A stretch of 64,000 nt of DNA from Octopus sinensis (GCF_006345805.1 NC_043019.1:1984001-2048000), one strand, 5' to 3'. Shown: positions 1 through 12,070, counted from the first letter of the stretch. The notes: generated from the letters alone by a model not told the origin. Program-made: numbers and translations.

Positions 1-611
1 TTTTTCTTTCTTATACTTTGCTTACCAATCATTCTACTACTGTATGTATATATTTACGTTTCATGTTCTTCTTTACATCGTTGTTTAACACTTGGACAAA
101 AGTGATCCGCACATTTGATCAATGGCGATGCAGACGTTACCATTACTGAAGAACCCATTATCCGATATAAAACCTAATATATCCGGGTTTAAAAAGTGTA
201 GGAGAGAGGCTCATGCGGGAGAGAACTATGAGCTATTATTTCCAACAGATTCTACCGATGACTTTGAAGTACTTTGTACTTCGACTTTTCCACATTTATA
301 AATGTATATATTTCTCTTCACGTCACCTGATGGTGATAGTATGGTGTTCCATAGAGTAAGACTCTGTCAAATACTGAACTTCTATTCGCTCACCCCTATG
401 CATCTACAACCTCACTTCAGTGTATGATATGTCCATATACAGATTTATGTTAATGTATTTCATCGTATGATTCTACGCATGTCCAGCTCTCGCTCGTGTT
501 GTCTCATCAAAAATCAGAAACTAAAATTAGATTATAAAACAATATTCCAGTCTTGTGAACTATGATCTCTACCATCGAAACATTTTTCTACACTTATATC
601 AATTTCATGAT

Positions 612-785
612 AATGGTTGGTTTCGGACCATTTTATATATATTTACATAGTCATATTGATTTCAAGATAATGGTTTCGAACTATTTTTGTATATTTATAG
701 TTACATTGATTTCAAGATAATGCTTTCAAAATATTTGTGTATATTTATATATTTATATTAATTTCAAGATAATGGTTTCGAATTT
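612..785. repeat. Degenerate ~50-bp tandem repeat (3-4 units)
   Basis: Recurring ATTGATTTCAAGATAATGGTTTC-like block at roughly 50-bp spacing. Confidence 0.6.
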
Positions 786-1145
786 TCGCACAATTTCCGC
801 ACGTTGAGTGTTGGGGGTAAGGTGATTGCATCGACCTTAGATCGATGTAAGAAAAACTTATTAGGTGCATATCGTTGTCAGCATTAACTCACATCCGAGT
901 AATTTGATCTAGTAAATACTTTTACCCCGCGAGGTCAGGTATTTATCTTCAGTTAAACGGAAACTCTACACATGTACATGATGCAGGTCTATCAGAGTGT
1001 AACTCTTCCCACAAGAGAGCTTAAAAACCATCAAAAATATTTGTTGATTCACTCGTCAAATAAAGAGTACTGCTGCTATCTAAAACGACGGATTGTTCCA
1101 TACACAGCCATATTTATTTCCAACTAAGTGCACTGTAAATTGTAT

Positions 1146-1378
1146 CTATTTCTTTACTACCCAAAATGGGCTAAACACAGAAGGGACAAACAAGGACAGA
1201 TAAACAGATTAAGTCGATTACATCGATCCCAGTGCGTAACTGGTATTTAATTTATCGACCTCGAAAGAATGAAAGGCAAAGTCGACCTCGGCGGAATTTG
1301 AACTCAGAACGTAACGGCAGACGAAATACAGCTACGTATTTCGCCCGGCGTGCTAACGTTTCAGCCAGCTCGCCGCCT
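1146..1378 (-). mobile_element. tRNA-derived SINE, family A (GGCGGCGAGCTGGCAGAAACG head)
   Basis: Reverse complement of the family A consensus seen many times in the window; short flanking duplication TAAATTGT. Confidence 0.85.
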
Positions 1379-1577
1379 TTAAATTGTTGTCATTTGAGAG
1401 TTTAGGGTACTGAACCCTGACACAAAGTTGAGCATAGTATAACTCAATTGTGACTATTGTATATAAAATAGGACCCTAATACAATGCTGAACATAATATA
1501 AAAACTGGACCCTAACATAATACTAGGCATAGCATACGTATCCTAACTTCTCGTTTCGTTATATAGTACCTTGCCTA

Positions 1578-1807
1578 AAGGCGGCGAGCTGGCAAAAACT
1601 TTAGCACGCCGGGTGAAATGAGTAGCCGTATTTCGTCTGATGTTACGTCCTGAGTTCAAATTCCGCCGAGGTCGACTTTGCCTTTCATCCTTTCGGGGTC
1701 GATAAATTAAGTACCAGTTCACTGGGGTCAATGTAATCGACTTAAGCCGTTTTTCTGTCCTTGTTTGTTCCCCCTGTGTTTAGCCCCTTGTGGGTAGTAA
1801 ATAAATA
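1578..1807 (+). mobile_element. SINE family A, full length
   Basis: Head GGCGGCGAGCTGG, B-box-like GAGTTCAAATTCC, central GTCGACTTTGCCTTTCATCCTTTCGGGGTCGATAAA; 18-bp TSD TATATAGTACCTTGCCTA at 1560-1577 and 1808-1825. Confidence 0.92.
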
Positions 1808-2321
1808 TATATAGTACCTTGCCTACTAAGCCATATATCTTCCCTAATTCAACACTCGGTGGCAGATAATTTAGATTAAACGGTCTTGTGGTTTTTGCAG
1901 CAGAGTGCATGTGTAGTCATGAATGCTATGTCTTTCTAAATGGCATTAGTGTTGTTAAATAAAAGGAAAATAGTTGTAACCTAGATTAAGGCTAATTGGC
2001 AACTTTAACGAAGAAAAAAGGCAGAGATTATAATTCATAATTCTGAAATATTTTTGTTATTTTTTCTGTTTTTAGTTTCTGATTCTTGATGAGGCACACA
2101 ATCAATAATCATTGATCTTATGCCTCATTTGCAGAGCAGGAAGGATAGTTAATTTGCACTTTAATTTTGTTTTTCATACGTGTGTGGTTAAAACAAAGCT
2201 CGCTTTGCAGCCACGTCGTTTCGCTTTCACTTTCACTGGGCGGGACTTGGTAATTTCTAGAACTGCAGCCTACAGCCCCGAGCTTAGCAATGACTTGTGA
2301 GTGAATTTCGCAGGCGGAAAA

Positions 2322-2323
2322 TT

Positions 2324-2369
<46 letters not shown>

Positions 2370-2406
2370 CATAAATATATATATATATATATATATACAG
2401 AGAGAG

Positions 2407-2505
<99 letters not shown>

Positions 2506-2529
2506 AAGATAGATAGATAGATAGATAGA
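2322..2529. repeat. Compound microsatellite (CA)n-(TA)n-(GATA)n
   Basis: Seen directly in sequence. Confidence 0.97.
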
Positions 2530-2883
2530 CTTAGGTATAACGCCAGCAATTCTATAACTGATAAGGATGGCGTATCGTGAGGAACAGTAGTGTATTAGGT
2601 AAGATGGCGTAATGCAAGGGAAGCAGGCGAAAGCTGAGTTTTCAGACCTCGGTGGTTTTGGTTCATTGAATGTGCAACGTAACATCGATATCAATCTTTA
2701 CGTTTTGCGTTAAATTTAAATTCTCATGCGAAAGAAAGAAAAAATGACAATAATAGATAGAATTAAAAATTAGTCTACGAACATGTGTATAGTTGATATA
2801 TATATAGTTGAAATTTACTGGAAAACAAAAGACGAAGACAAGTGTATGGACAACAAGCATGTGTATTAGTTTGACGAACGGAA

Positions 2884-3009
2884 AAGATAGAGAGATAGAT
2901 AGATAGATAGATAGATAGATGATAGATAGATAGATAGATAGATGGATGGATGGATAGATAGATAGATAGATAGATAGATCGATAGATAGCTATAGATAGA
3001 TAGGATAGA
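2884..3009. repeat. (GATA)n array at the 3' junction of the Tx1-like LINE
   Basis: Seen directly in sequence. Confidence 0.95.
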
Positions 3010-3418
3010 GTTTCTTTATTAGCCACACAGGGCTGCACACAGATAGAACAAATTACAAGGGTAGAGCTTTTCTTTGAAGGTTTAAAAAAAAAAATAAAAA
3101 ATAAAAAAATAAAAAATAAAATTAAAAATTAAATAAAAATAAAATAAAAAAGGGGTGGGTCGATCAAGGGATCGTAAAGGAGAGAAAGAGGACAAAAAAA
3201 GGGGGGGGTAAAAAAAAAGGGGGAGAGGAAAAGAATTGATCAATAGGGATCGTTATCACAGAAATGTCAATATGAAGTGTAAAGGGAGGACAGGTGAGGT
3301 TTACCCGTGGAAAGAAAACCTACGGAAAAAGACCACGGTAACTCGGTCAATGAAGTCACATTTATATTTCTTTTTTTTTTTTTTGCAAATAAGCAATCTC
3401 TGTATTATTTTTTACGGT

Positions 3419-6400
3419 TCATAGAATCATAGTCAAGGTGGCTTCGTCATTCATACGTGCCATCCTTGCTACATTCACCCATCTTTTTAAAAACATTCAC
3501 TAGACAAAACTTGCCTCTCTACTCTCACTTTTTCTTCAAGTGATACTTGAAGAAGTTGATGAGAGATTGACCAGAGAGGAAAGTGTTTGTCTCTAATCCT
3601 TTCAGACGCGTCCACCAGATACATTCTTTCGCCATAGCCCACAAGTATGATAAAAATAGCTCTTCATTCCCGTTTGAAGGAAGGAGGCGTGAGGCGTGAC
3701 GATATTAACGATAGACTCGGCTGATAAACCGACACGTCCCACACGGACAGCAGTCGTTCGACATAAGCCCACAGGTGGAAATTGTGGACACTGCACGATT
3801 GCGTGCAGAGCGGTTTAGTCGCTCTGCCCGCATCTCGGGCAGGTCGGCCCCGTGTTTCTCGAGCCATGCCTATAGAGCTTATCCCGAACGGGTAGCGCTC
3901 TCGGTAGCACGCCGGCCAGGGATCTCTGGAAGTTGTCCATAGGTCCCGGGCCGAAAGTCGTTTTGAAACAGGAGGGTCAGGTATTCCTCGTCGACGCCCA
4001 GGTTTGCCCGAGCTCATCGTCGTACTCCCCTCCACTAATCCCCTATAGAATGCTTTGGTTGTGTTGAAGTCACTCAAGGTCGAATCGGGACGGGCAGAGT
4101 TGCTTGAGAGCAACGCGACACTCGCGGTGCCATTCGCCCTTCTTCGGCCTTTTTTGATCCACGACTGTAGTTCGGTCATGGAGACGAGTTGCGGGAATGC
4201 GTGCCTCACAAACGGCGACCACACCTGTTCACCGTCGTCTACATAGAGCCGGAGATGTCCCAGTCTCAGCGGTGTCTGCGCATCATCAACCACGGCATGC
4301 CCAGCCCCTTTTAACGAGTGTTGACAGCAAATGGATCGCCTGACATCGGGACGCATCCTTCCACAAGAAGCGAGGAGAGGATGCGTCTAGTTTGGTGATG
4401 GTAGGGTCGGGACAAGGTACGACGGTCAGGCGGTAGTAGATGATGGACGCGATGTACGCGTTCACCACCTCCGCCCGACCTTTTAGGGACAGTTTCCTCT
4501 CGGCCCATTGCTGGGCGAGAGTGACCACCCTACTCGTTATCTCGTTCCAGTTCTTCTCCATTTGGAGGTCCGGACCGAACCAGACCCCGAGCAACTCAAC
4601 CGGGCCGTCTGTCCAGCGTCCCACGACGGAAGGTACTGGTGGACGGCATGGGCTTGCTTCTCCAGGTGCCGAGCCGCAAGCCCACTGACTTTTCCCGGTT
4701 GATTTTTGCTCCTGTCCACGCTTCGTAGTCTTTCAGTGTCTCGCCGACCCGCTCGATGTGCTCGTGGCTTGACACTATGACGGTGACGTCGTCCGCGTAT
4801 GCAGACACGCTCGTCCCGCATCCTAATTCTCGCGGGATGCCCCTCAGAGTCGCCAGCTCCGCAGTAGTGGCTCAAGAGTCAATACGTATAGAAGCGCCGA
4901 GAGGGGGCATCCCTGACGGACCGAACGTGCAATGTCGAAGGGTCTCGATAGATGTCAATTTACGCGAATTACCGAACGGATGCCTCTGTACAAGGCAGCT
5001 ATCCAGCCGCGGAAGACGGGGCCGAACCAGCCGCTCTCAGGACTGCCTCAAGTGTCGATGGTCTACCCTATCAAAGGCTTTCGATGATCCAAGTTGATCA
5101 GGGCCCCACCCATGCCAGGTTCGTTAACTACCCTGCCTATGATGTAGCGCATCAGATGGAGGTTGTAATGGATGCTCCGGCCCGGCACGGCGCACGTTTG
5201 TGCGTTTTGTCGACCAGTTTCTCCATGACAAGCGCCAACCTCTTGGCTAACACCTTTGTCAAAATTTTCAGGTCTGCATTGAGCAGAGTGATTGGCCTAA
5301 AGTTATCTATAATGTTTCCCTTGTTTGGATCTTTCTTCAGCAGAGTTACAGCTCCTCGAATCACAAAACGGGTATGCTCCCGTTTTGCTGCCAGTTGCAG
5401 TATACCGCTGCCAAGACGTCTCCAAACAAGTCTGGCATACAATAGTAAAATTCGTAGGGTAGACCATCCAACCCGGTGTGATTTGTCCCTCGAGCATTCT
5501 GCCATCGCTTCCGCACTTCCGCCGCCGTGATGGCACCTTCGCAGCACTCTGCCTTTCTTGTCGAGAGTCGTGGCAGGCTATGTAGGTAGGCACTGAAGTC
5601 TACCCTACGTTATTGCCCTCCACTCGTCCCGAACAGTCGGGCAAAATGCTGCTGAAAGGCCTCACACATTTTACTTGGCTCGAGCAATTCGCGCCCCTGT
5701 TCATCTACCAGTGACCGAATGGTGGCTTTGTTGCCTGTTGCGCCTCTGCCACCCGGGGCCTCTCTCGCGGCTCCAACACCTTCGTTCCTTAGAGCACGCA
5801 TCCTAGCTCTGACAGCACATCCTTTCGTGTTTGCTTGAAGTGTTGGTCGAGGGCCAACCTCGCCGCCAAAACGTCGGATGCGATGCCGCTTCTAATTGCC
5901 TCTTCTAGCTTCTTAACTAGCTCACCTCTACTCTATCTATTTCTATCTATGGCTAGTGCTTTGCTGTACCTAATCGCTTCTGCTTTTACTGCTCTCTTGA
6001 GGGCAAACCACCATTTGTTGTTGATGATGTCTCCCGTCAAAGCCCTCTTTACTAGTGTGCTAATCCGGTCTCTGAAACTTGTCTGGACGGGAATGATGCG
6101 TGTCAGTTTTCCAGTACCCAGGACCCTGTCTATGTGCCTATATCTAAGTCTAGCGTACACGTCACCAATTTGTGATCCGTGTAGCTGACTGTGTGGAATT
6201 GTGGACATCCTAAGTTATCCTGTGTATATGTCCTACACAGTATCCTATCTAGATACGATCTCGACGACCACTGCGGTTGCTCCATGTCACGTTGGTGCAT
6301 TTGGGTGGTCGAGTCGGTACCTGTCAGACAGTTGGAATCGTCTGAGCAGGTCTCTGAGGCATTTGCATCCCCTTCTGTTTCTGTCTCTACCCACGTAGTC

Positions 6401-6852
6401 TACATGCGTGTCCAAGGTAGCATTCCAATCCCCCACTAAGAGTAAAGGACGAGACGTTCCCAAGAATACTCTAGACGTCGAAGAAATCCGCCCGACCTGT
6501 AAGGTCGGTGCGTAGACGTAGATGATACGAGTCCGAAAAGCGCACCCATTGCTGCCGTCAACATCCAGAACGATCAGTCTTACCCTCCGGGTCTACGAAT
6601 ATCGTCTTGACTTCGAGATCCAGGCTCTTGTGAAAAAGTACCGCGGTGCCACTACCGCCCATCCTCGGCAGACAGGGAGCGAAATAAATGTTAAACTGTC
6701 CGCCAAACATGGACTTTAGGGCCCGTGGCTCGTGGAGTCTGGTCTCACTTATGGCTATGATTCCCAATCATGTGACTTGATGTCATTTAGGAGGTATCCT
6801 TGTTTCAAGGAGACCCCAAGCCACGCGCATTCACACAACCAATCTTGACCAT
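3419..6852 (-). pseudogene. LINE ORF2: APE endonuclease, reverse transcriptase and C-terminal zinc finger, broken by multiple frameshifts
   Basis: Start MVKIGCVNARGL (ATG at 6852); GIIAISETRLHE; NFRPITLLNADLKIL; LDQSKAFDRVDH; AYADDVTVIV; C-terminal CxxC..H..C (clearest in the second copy: CPRCGQSDETALHAIVQC); stop after ...EATLTMIL at 3419-3421 when frameshifts are bridged. Confidence 0.9.
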
Positions 6853-8500
6853 GATTCTATTGGGGTGGTGCTTTTAAAACACACAAATGAAAGTACAGAG
6901 AGTTTATTACTTGTGTCGAAAGTTTTGGCTTCCTCGTTCTTTGATGTGTCTTCGAGGAGGTTTCTATATAGTTTTTGGGACAGATATTTCTGGAAAACCC
7001 CCTACAGCATTTGGGAAGAGGGCTTTGAGTTTGTGGTGTTGGTGTTTGTGTGATGTTAGTATTTTGATGTGTTTGGTGGTGTAGTGCGTGGATGATTGCT
7101 ATTTTTTAAAGTCATCTTCACAAATGTTTGTGTATCCTGTGATTGTACTCCATTAGTTTGGAGTCTTTTGTGTCTATCGCTGATAGCATTGTTTTTGTGG
7201 TGTTGGTGCTTGTTTTGTTGTGTATGGAGTTTTCAGGGTTCAGGTATCTCCCTGCTTTGGTTGCGATTTCTTGTTTGGTTTTTCTTGATCTTTTTCTTTT
7301 ACCCCCTGTAGCTATTTGCCATTCTGTCGAACTTTCATCGTTAGATGAAAAGTCTGACGAATCAGCAAGGGGCAAGGGTAAAGCGTCTGGGTGTGTTGGT
7401 GGTGATGATTCTGTTCTTGGCGCTGGTGTTGGTGTTGTTTGGTTGGGGGGCTTGTTCTTTGTTGTTTTTCCTGCATTTCCGCATACAGCTCTTGACTAGC
7501 TGTCCATAGGGTGGGTGGCAATAATCCTGGCTTTTGTGATTTTTCCTGTGGCTGTTGTTGTTGTTGTAATTTTGCGGCAGATTTGCACTCCTTTTTGAGG
7601 TGTGCCTCACTGCCACATGTATAGCATCGTGGCCTTCTGCCCTCGACTACTACGTATAACTTGCGGCCATCCTCAGATGTACGTGGGTGGGGATTTTATT
7701 TATGTCCTCTTGACTTATGTGGAAGAGGAACTCTATTCTCTTTCCCAGCCAGTCCTTGTTTTCCGAAACACCGATATCTAGGATGTTTATGTCCTCCCAT
7801 TTCGGATGTTAAGGCGGATGTAATCCACAGTGTTGTAGTCACTTGGGGGACACCACTGATAATAACTTTCGTCACCTTTGGCCGAGGTAACTCGGTGTCA
7901 ACGTTAGTTCATCAGAATGAAGGGTTATCGTTGAGAATTTCTTCGCCAACTCTTCATTCTGAAAAACCACCTGTACGTGTGCGAACCGTTCGCCCAAGTC
8001 ACACAATCCTTGTATTCCCCAGATGGGGCGTAAGCACTTTTCGACTTTGTCTGTGCTTGCCTTTTCTGACTTTTTGTTTTTTATTTGTGATTTTATATAC
8101 AATTGTTTTTTTTTCTCCTCATTCAGTATGTGCTGAGGTATGTGTAAGAGTATTTTTCGTTTTGATTTGTAATAAGGTTCTGCAATCTTTAATCTGTTGT
8201 GTAGTAAAGAAACTTTTGTTACCTTTTTTTTATCGCCTCGGCGAAGTGTGTTTGTTGCTTTGTTATTGTTGTTACTGCCGTGGTGGTGTTGGTGTTGATG
8301 GCAGGGGGGTGTGGTTGTAGGTTTGTGGTTGCTGATTATGCAACTAGCAAGGGGGAATATTGCCTGCGTAATTTAGTCCTGCATTAGCGCAAATTTCGGC
8401 ATTTCGTTTGCTTGTCGTCGTTATTTTTTCACTTGTTGGTGATGGAGTGAGCAGTGGTTGAAGGGAATTGTTGTTGTCGTCGTCGTCGTTGTTGTTGTTT

Positions 8501-8535
<35 letters not shown>

Positions 8536-8885
8536 ATTGTCGTTCTTGGTGACGGCGGTGGTGTTAGTAGTATTAGTAGCATTGACGGCACGATCTTTGG
8601 TGGCGGTGATGTTGGTATTGTTATTGGTGGCGACGTCTTTAGTAGGGATAGCAGTTTTAGTAGCAGATTCTGCCATGGTGTTGTTGTCGGTGTTGGTGGT
8701 GGTGGTGGACTCACTGATGGTGTTGACGGTGCTTGGCCTTGCGACCTTTGTTTTGTATTTGTTGCTGTGTGTCGATGTTGATGGTGGCGGAGTTGTCAGG
8801 TTCAGGTAAGGTAACAGAGCATCCTGTTTTTCTGCCTCTGCGTCACGCTGACTTGCACCTCAGCCTCGTGGTGACCAGTGGCCAT
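6850..8885 (-). pseudogene. LINE ORF1 (gag-like; low-complexity N-terminus, RRM-like region, CCHC zinc knuckle), frameshifted; boundaries approximate
   Basis: Manual translation gives ...RKLYVVVEGRRPRCYTCGSEAHLKKEC (C-x2-C-x4-H-x4-C at 7585-7626), preceded by PSYLGQ..KVIISGVPQ; Thr/Asn-rich N-terminus; likely start MATGHH at 8885. Confidence 0.75.
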
Positions 8886-9100
8886 TTTGGAAATAAAATG
8901 GCTAATGAAACCACGAAGGCTATGAGAAATTTTTCTTTAAATTTTGCCCGCAAGGGGCAAAATTTTGTGTAGATATTAATCAGGTTGCAGTGGATGTTGT
9001 TGCACAACTTTTAAACACAAAATATTTCACAATAACAAATTTTCAACGTAAAAATGACCAACTTACGTGGAGCCCATTTGACTAGCGTCCGTCCATGTCG

Positions 9101-9102
9101 AG

Positions 9103-9182
<80 letters not shown>
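9101..9182. repeat. (GATA)n array at the 5' junction of the Tx1-like LINE
   Basis: Seen directly in sequence. Confidence 0.95.
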
Positions 9183-9186
<4 letters not shown>

Positions 9187-9380
9187 TATACGTAATATGT
9201 TAATAGTGAAACATGTATGCGAATAATCCATATTTCTATTACTTTTCTTTTGTCTTGCTCCATTACGTTTTGGTTGTTTTGCTAAATTTTTCTTGAGAAC
9301 ATTTTTAGTGGTAAGACCATAGCGGATCTATTTCTAGCATAAGGATGTCCACATAGTGGTTTCCCTCTAATATGTATATA

Positions 9381-9652
9381 CTCTTTACTCTTTTACTCTT
9401 TTACTTGTTTCAGTCTTTTGACTGTGGCCATGCTGGAGCATCGCCTTTAATCGAGCCGGGACTTATTCTTTTGTAAGCCCAGTACTTATTCTATCGGTCT
9501 CTTTTGCCGAACTGCTAAGTAACGGGGACATAAACACACCAGCCCGAGGCTATAGTAGAAGACACATGCCCAAGGTGCCACGCAGTGGGACTGAACCCGG
9601 AACCATGTGGTTGGTAAACAAGCTACTTACCACACAGCCACTCCTGCGCCTA
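9381..9652 (-). mobile_element. tRNA-derived SINE, family B (TAGGCGCAGGAGTGGCTGTGTGG head, CORE-like GGCACCTTGGGCAAGTG), internally deleted
   Basis: Matches the other family B copies; lacks the internal microsatellite segment. Confidence 0.85.
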
Positions 9653-9757
9653 ATACAATTTTACTGAAATTTCAGTATTTTTATATGCTAGACCACTGGT
9701 GTTAAATCGATGTTAATTAAATTAATATATAATTTCTCACCCTCATTTTAAATTCAT

Positions 9758-9759
9758 AT

Positions 9760-9849
<90 letters not shown>

Positions 9850-9865
9850 AGATATTAGATACATG

Positions 9866-9916
<51 letters not shown>
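9758..9916. repeat. (GATA)n and (TA)n microsatellites
   Basis: Seen directly in sequence. Confidence 0.95.
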
Positions 9917-9917
<1 letters not shown>

Positions 9918-10150
9918 ATTAAAAATGGTTTAAGACAACAAAAGAATGTTAGAGACCTCGATATTATGCAAATAGAGGAATTTATCTGTAAATGTAATAT
10001 GTGATAATTATTCGGTCGGTAGCCATGATAAAACTACACTGCCATCTCTTCATTTATCCGGCTTGATGGCGTGGATTTCCACTCCGGCATCCGAAACTCG
10101 GAATTTTATCATGGCTACCAAATGATTGTCACATATTACATTTACAGATA
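9917..10150. mobile_element. Short Penelope-like remnant with inverted arms and split hammerhead-like pieces
   Basis: 9983-10035 is the reverse complement of 10102-10150; between the arms are GATAAATGAAGAGATG (minus) and GGCATCCGAAACTCGGAATTTTATC (plus). Confidence 0.55.
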
Positions 10151-10906
10151 TACTGTTGTGTCTGGGGAAAGTCATTCTCTTTTAGTGTCTTATAATTTAA
10201 CACACTCGCTGGTAATATTTCCACTCATTTCTTTTTTTCATTTTTCTAAAAGTTTTGTTGCGTCTTCCAACCTTTTCAATAGTTTCGACTCAGTCCGTTA
10301 TTCACACTGCGTTCTTTTTCTTTGTTTGTGCGCATGTGTGTGTGGGTTACTGTGTATGTATGTATCTATTCACGTATGTGTGTGTGTGTGTGCATGTATG
10401 TGTGTGTGAGTGTGTGTGCATATGTGTATATGTATGTATGTGCATTTGTATGTATTCTGCATATTCATGCGTTTGCGTGTCCGTGTTTGTGTGTGTGTGT
10501 TTTACAACTATGTACCGTGTTTGTATGTATGGATGTGTATCTCCATATGTATGGACGTGTGTGTCCATGTGTCCCTGTGTGAAGTAAAGTGTGTGTGTAT
10601 ACATGATCGTGTGTTTCAGTCTTCATTTGTGTATGCGTGCGTATGTGTACTTGTCTGTTCATATAATCTATGTACCATCTCTGTGTATGTTAATCTATTT
10701 ATTTTCATACCCATATGCTTACATACATGCGCATACACATATATATACATACATCCCGCATACACACACGCACATACACACATCTATCTGCATAACAGAC
10801 CCCAAATATTCTACCCTACCTGCGTAATCTACTATGTATATTTCCTATTTAGTACTGGGAAGTTTCATTTATGACGTTATGACGACAAAATAATATTATA
10901 TATATA

Positions 10907-10954
<48 letters not shown>

Positions 10955-11359
10955 GAAGGTCTGAAAATGCAATTTTAAAGATGCTTATTGACTTGACCGG
11001 TTTCACATTTTAGAGAAAGATTGTCAAAAGTGAAATGTAAAGCTTTGTATAAGCTTTGTTGTGTTAAGTACTGGTTGTCACAAAAGTATTGAAGCACATA
11101 TATACATTCTTTGATAATAATAAGAAAATGTTAAAAGCAGTTTACAAGAAAGTATTTAAGAAAGTATTCAGAGCGGGACTACAAAAAGACGGAAAATGTT
11201 AGAAAGGGAGGTCAGTTATTCTTCTCCAATGGTTTGTAAATTCTTAAATAGATCTCCTTCTGTGTATATATATACTACCAAACAAACATGATTTTTATTG
11301 GACTCATAATACATTTTGTAGTCCCGTTCTGAATACTTTCTTAAATACTTAGGCAGTAC

Positions 11360-11860
11360 CGTAGTCAGCATGCAGCAAGCCTGCAACACATGCAAGACTC
11401 CAAGAATTCCAACATGAAAAATAATCTGTGCAAACTTCTTACGTGATTTTACAATGTAAACCTAATGCACTCGGCATCATTATCTAAGCAGAATGGAATG
11501 AAGCGTACGGCCAACTGGTATTTAATTATAAAACACAAACGCTAAACCACACAATAGAACATCACGCGTGTGCAATTCATGCCTAGAGGAAACCCTGGAG
11601 ATCATCTGACCCACAGAAAATATAATTGACATTCCGAAGTAATTATAACATGTTAGCATAAAAGCAAGGCATCATCCCTAGAATTTGTAAAGAACATTTT
11701 GAAAAATGTTCTTTATAATTTTTTTATTTACAGAAAAACACTAACCGTCATAAGCATCTAGTGCAGTGGTTCGCAACATTTTCACAGTGGCTTCCAATCC
11801 TTTTATTTAAATGAACTTTTCTCACGCACCTCTTTTTAATATGCCTATCCTTATATATAT
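11360..11860 (+). pseudogene. Penelope-like element C-terminal (post GIY-YIG) remnant
   Basis: Translates to AKPHNRTSRVCNSCLEETLEII (CNSC at 11571-11582), the CxxC-LxE pattern at the end of PLE endonucleases; homologous to 19810-20228. Confidence 0.7.
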
Positions 11861-11876
11861 AAATATATATATATAT

Positions 11877-12064
11877 CGCGTCTGTACCGTTGGCAATTTT
11901 TTTCCTCTGTCTTCCCTTCTCTGGATTTTTCCTTCTCCTATGTTTCTGACGAAGAGCTCCGTTAAACCCTCCTTCTTCCCTTCCTTCCTGAGCGTCCAAT
12001 AATACTATATTTGTTCCACGTCCTCGCGTTGTTGTGTTCTCTCTTTGTGTTTTCATGTTTGGAT

Positions 12065-12070
<6 letters not shown>
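11877..12070 (+). mobile_element. ~195-bp hammerhead-bearing non-autonomous element ending GGATTAACTATA in (TA)n
   Basis: Second copy at 58942-59145 (minus); motif GTTT-CTGACGA-AGAGCTCC...AAAC with a short internal deletion. Confidence 0.7.

Larger units (their letters stand above)
3010..9100 (-). mobile_element. Apparently full-length Tx1/L1-superfamily non-LTR retrotransposon (~6.1 kb)
   Basis: 5'UTR ~8886-9100, ORF1 with CCHC knuckle, ORF2 APE-RT-zinc finger, ~410-bp 3'UTR ending AATAAAGAAAC; (GATA)n on both sides. Confidence 0.9.

Noticed and set aside
2118-3038. ORFs rich in YLSI, IY or CV repeats (also at 10-11, 13.6, 21.4, 23.1, 41.5-42.5, 57 and 59 kb)
   Set aside because: They are translations of (GATA)n, (TA)n and (TG)n microsatellites, not genes.
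7661-8809. Plus-strand ORFs of 107-219 aa
   Set aside because: Antisense shadows of the LINE ORF1 low-complexity region.
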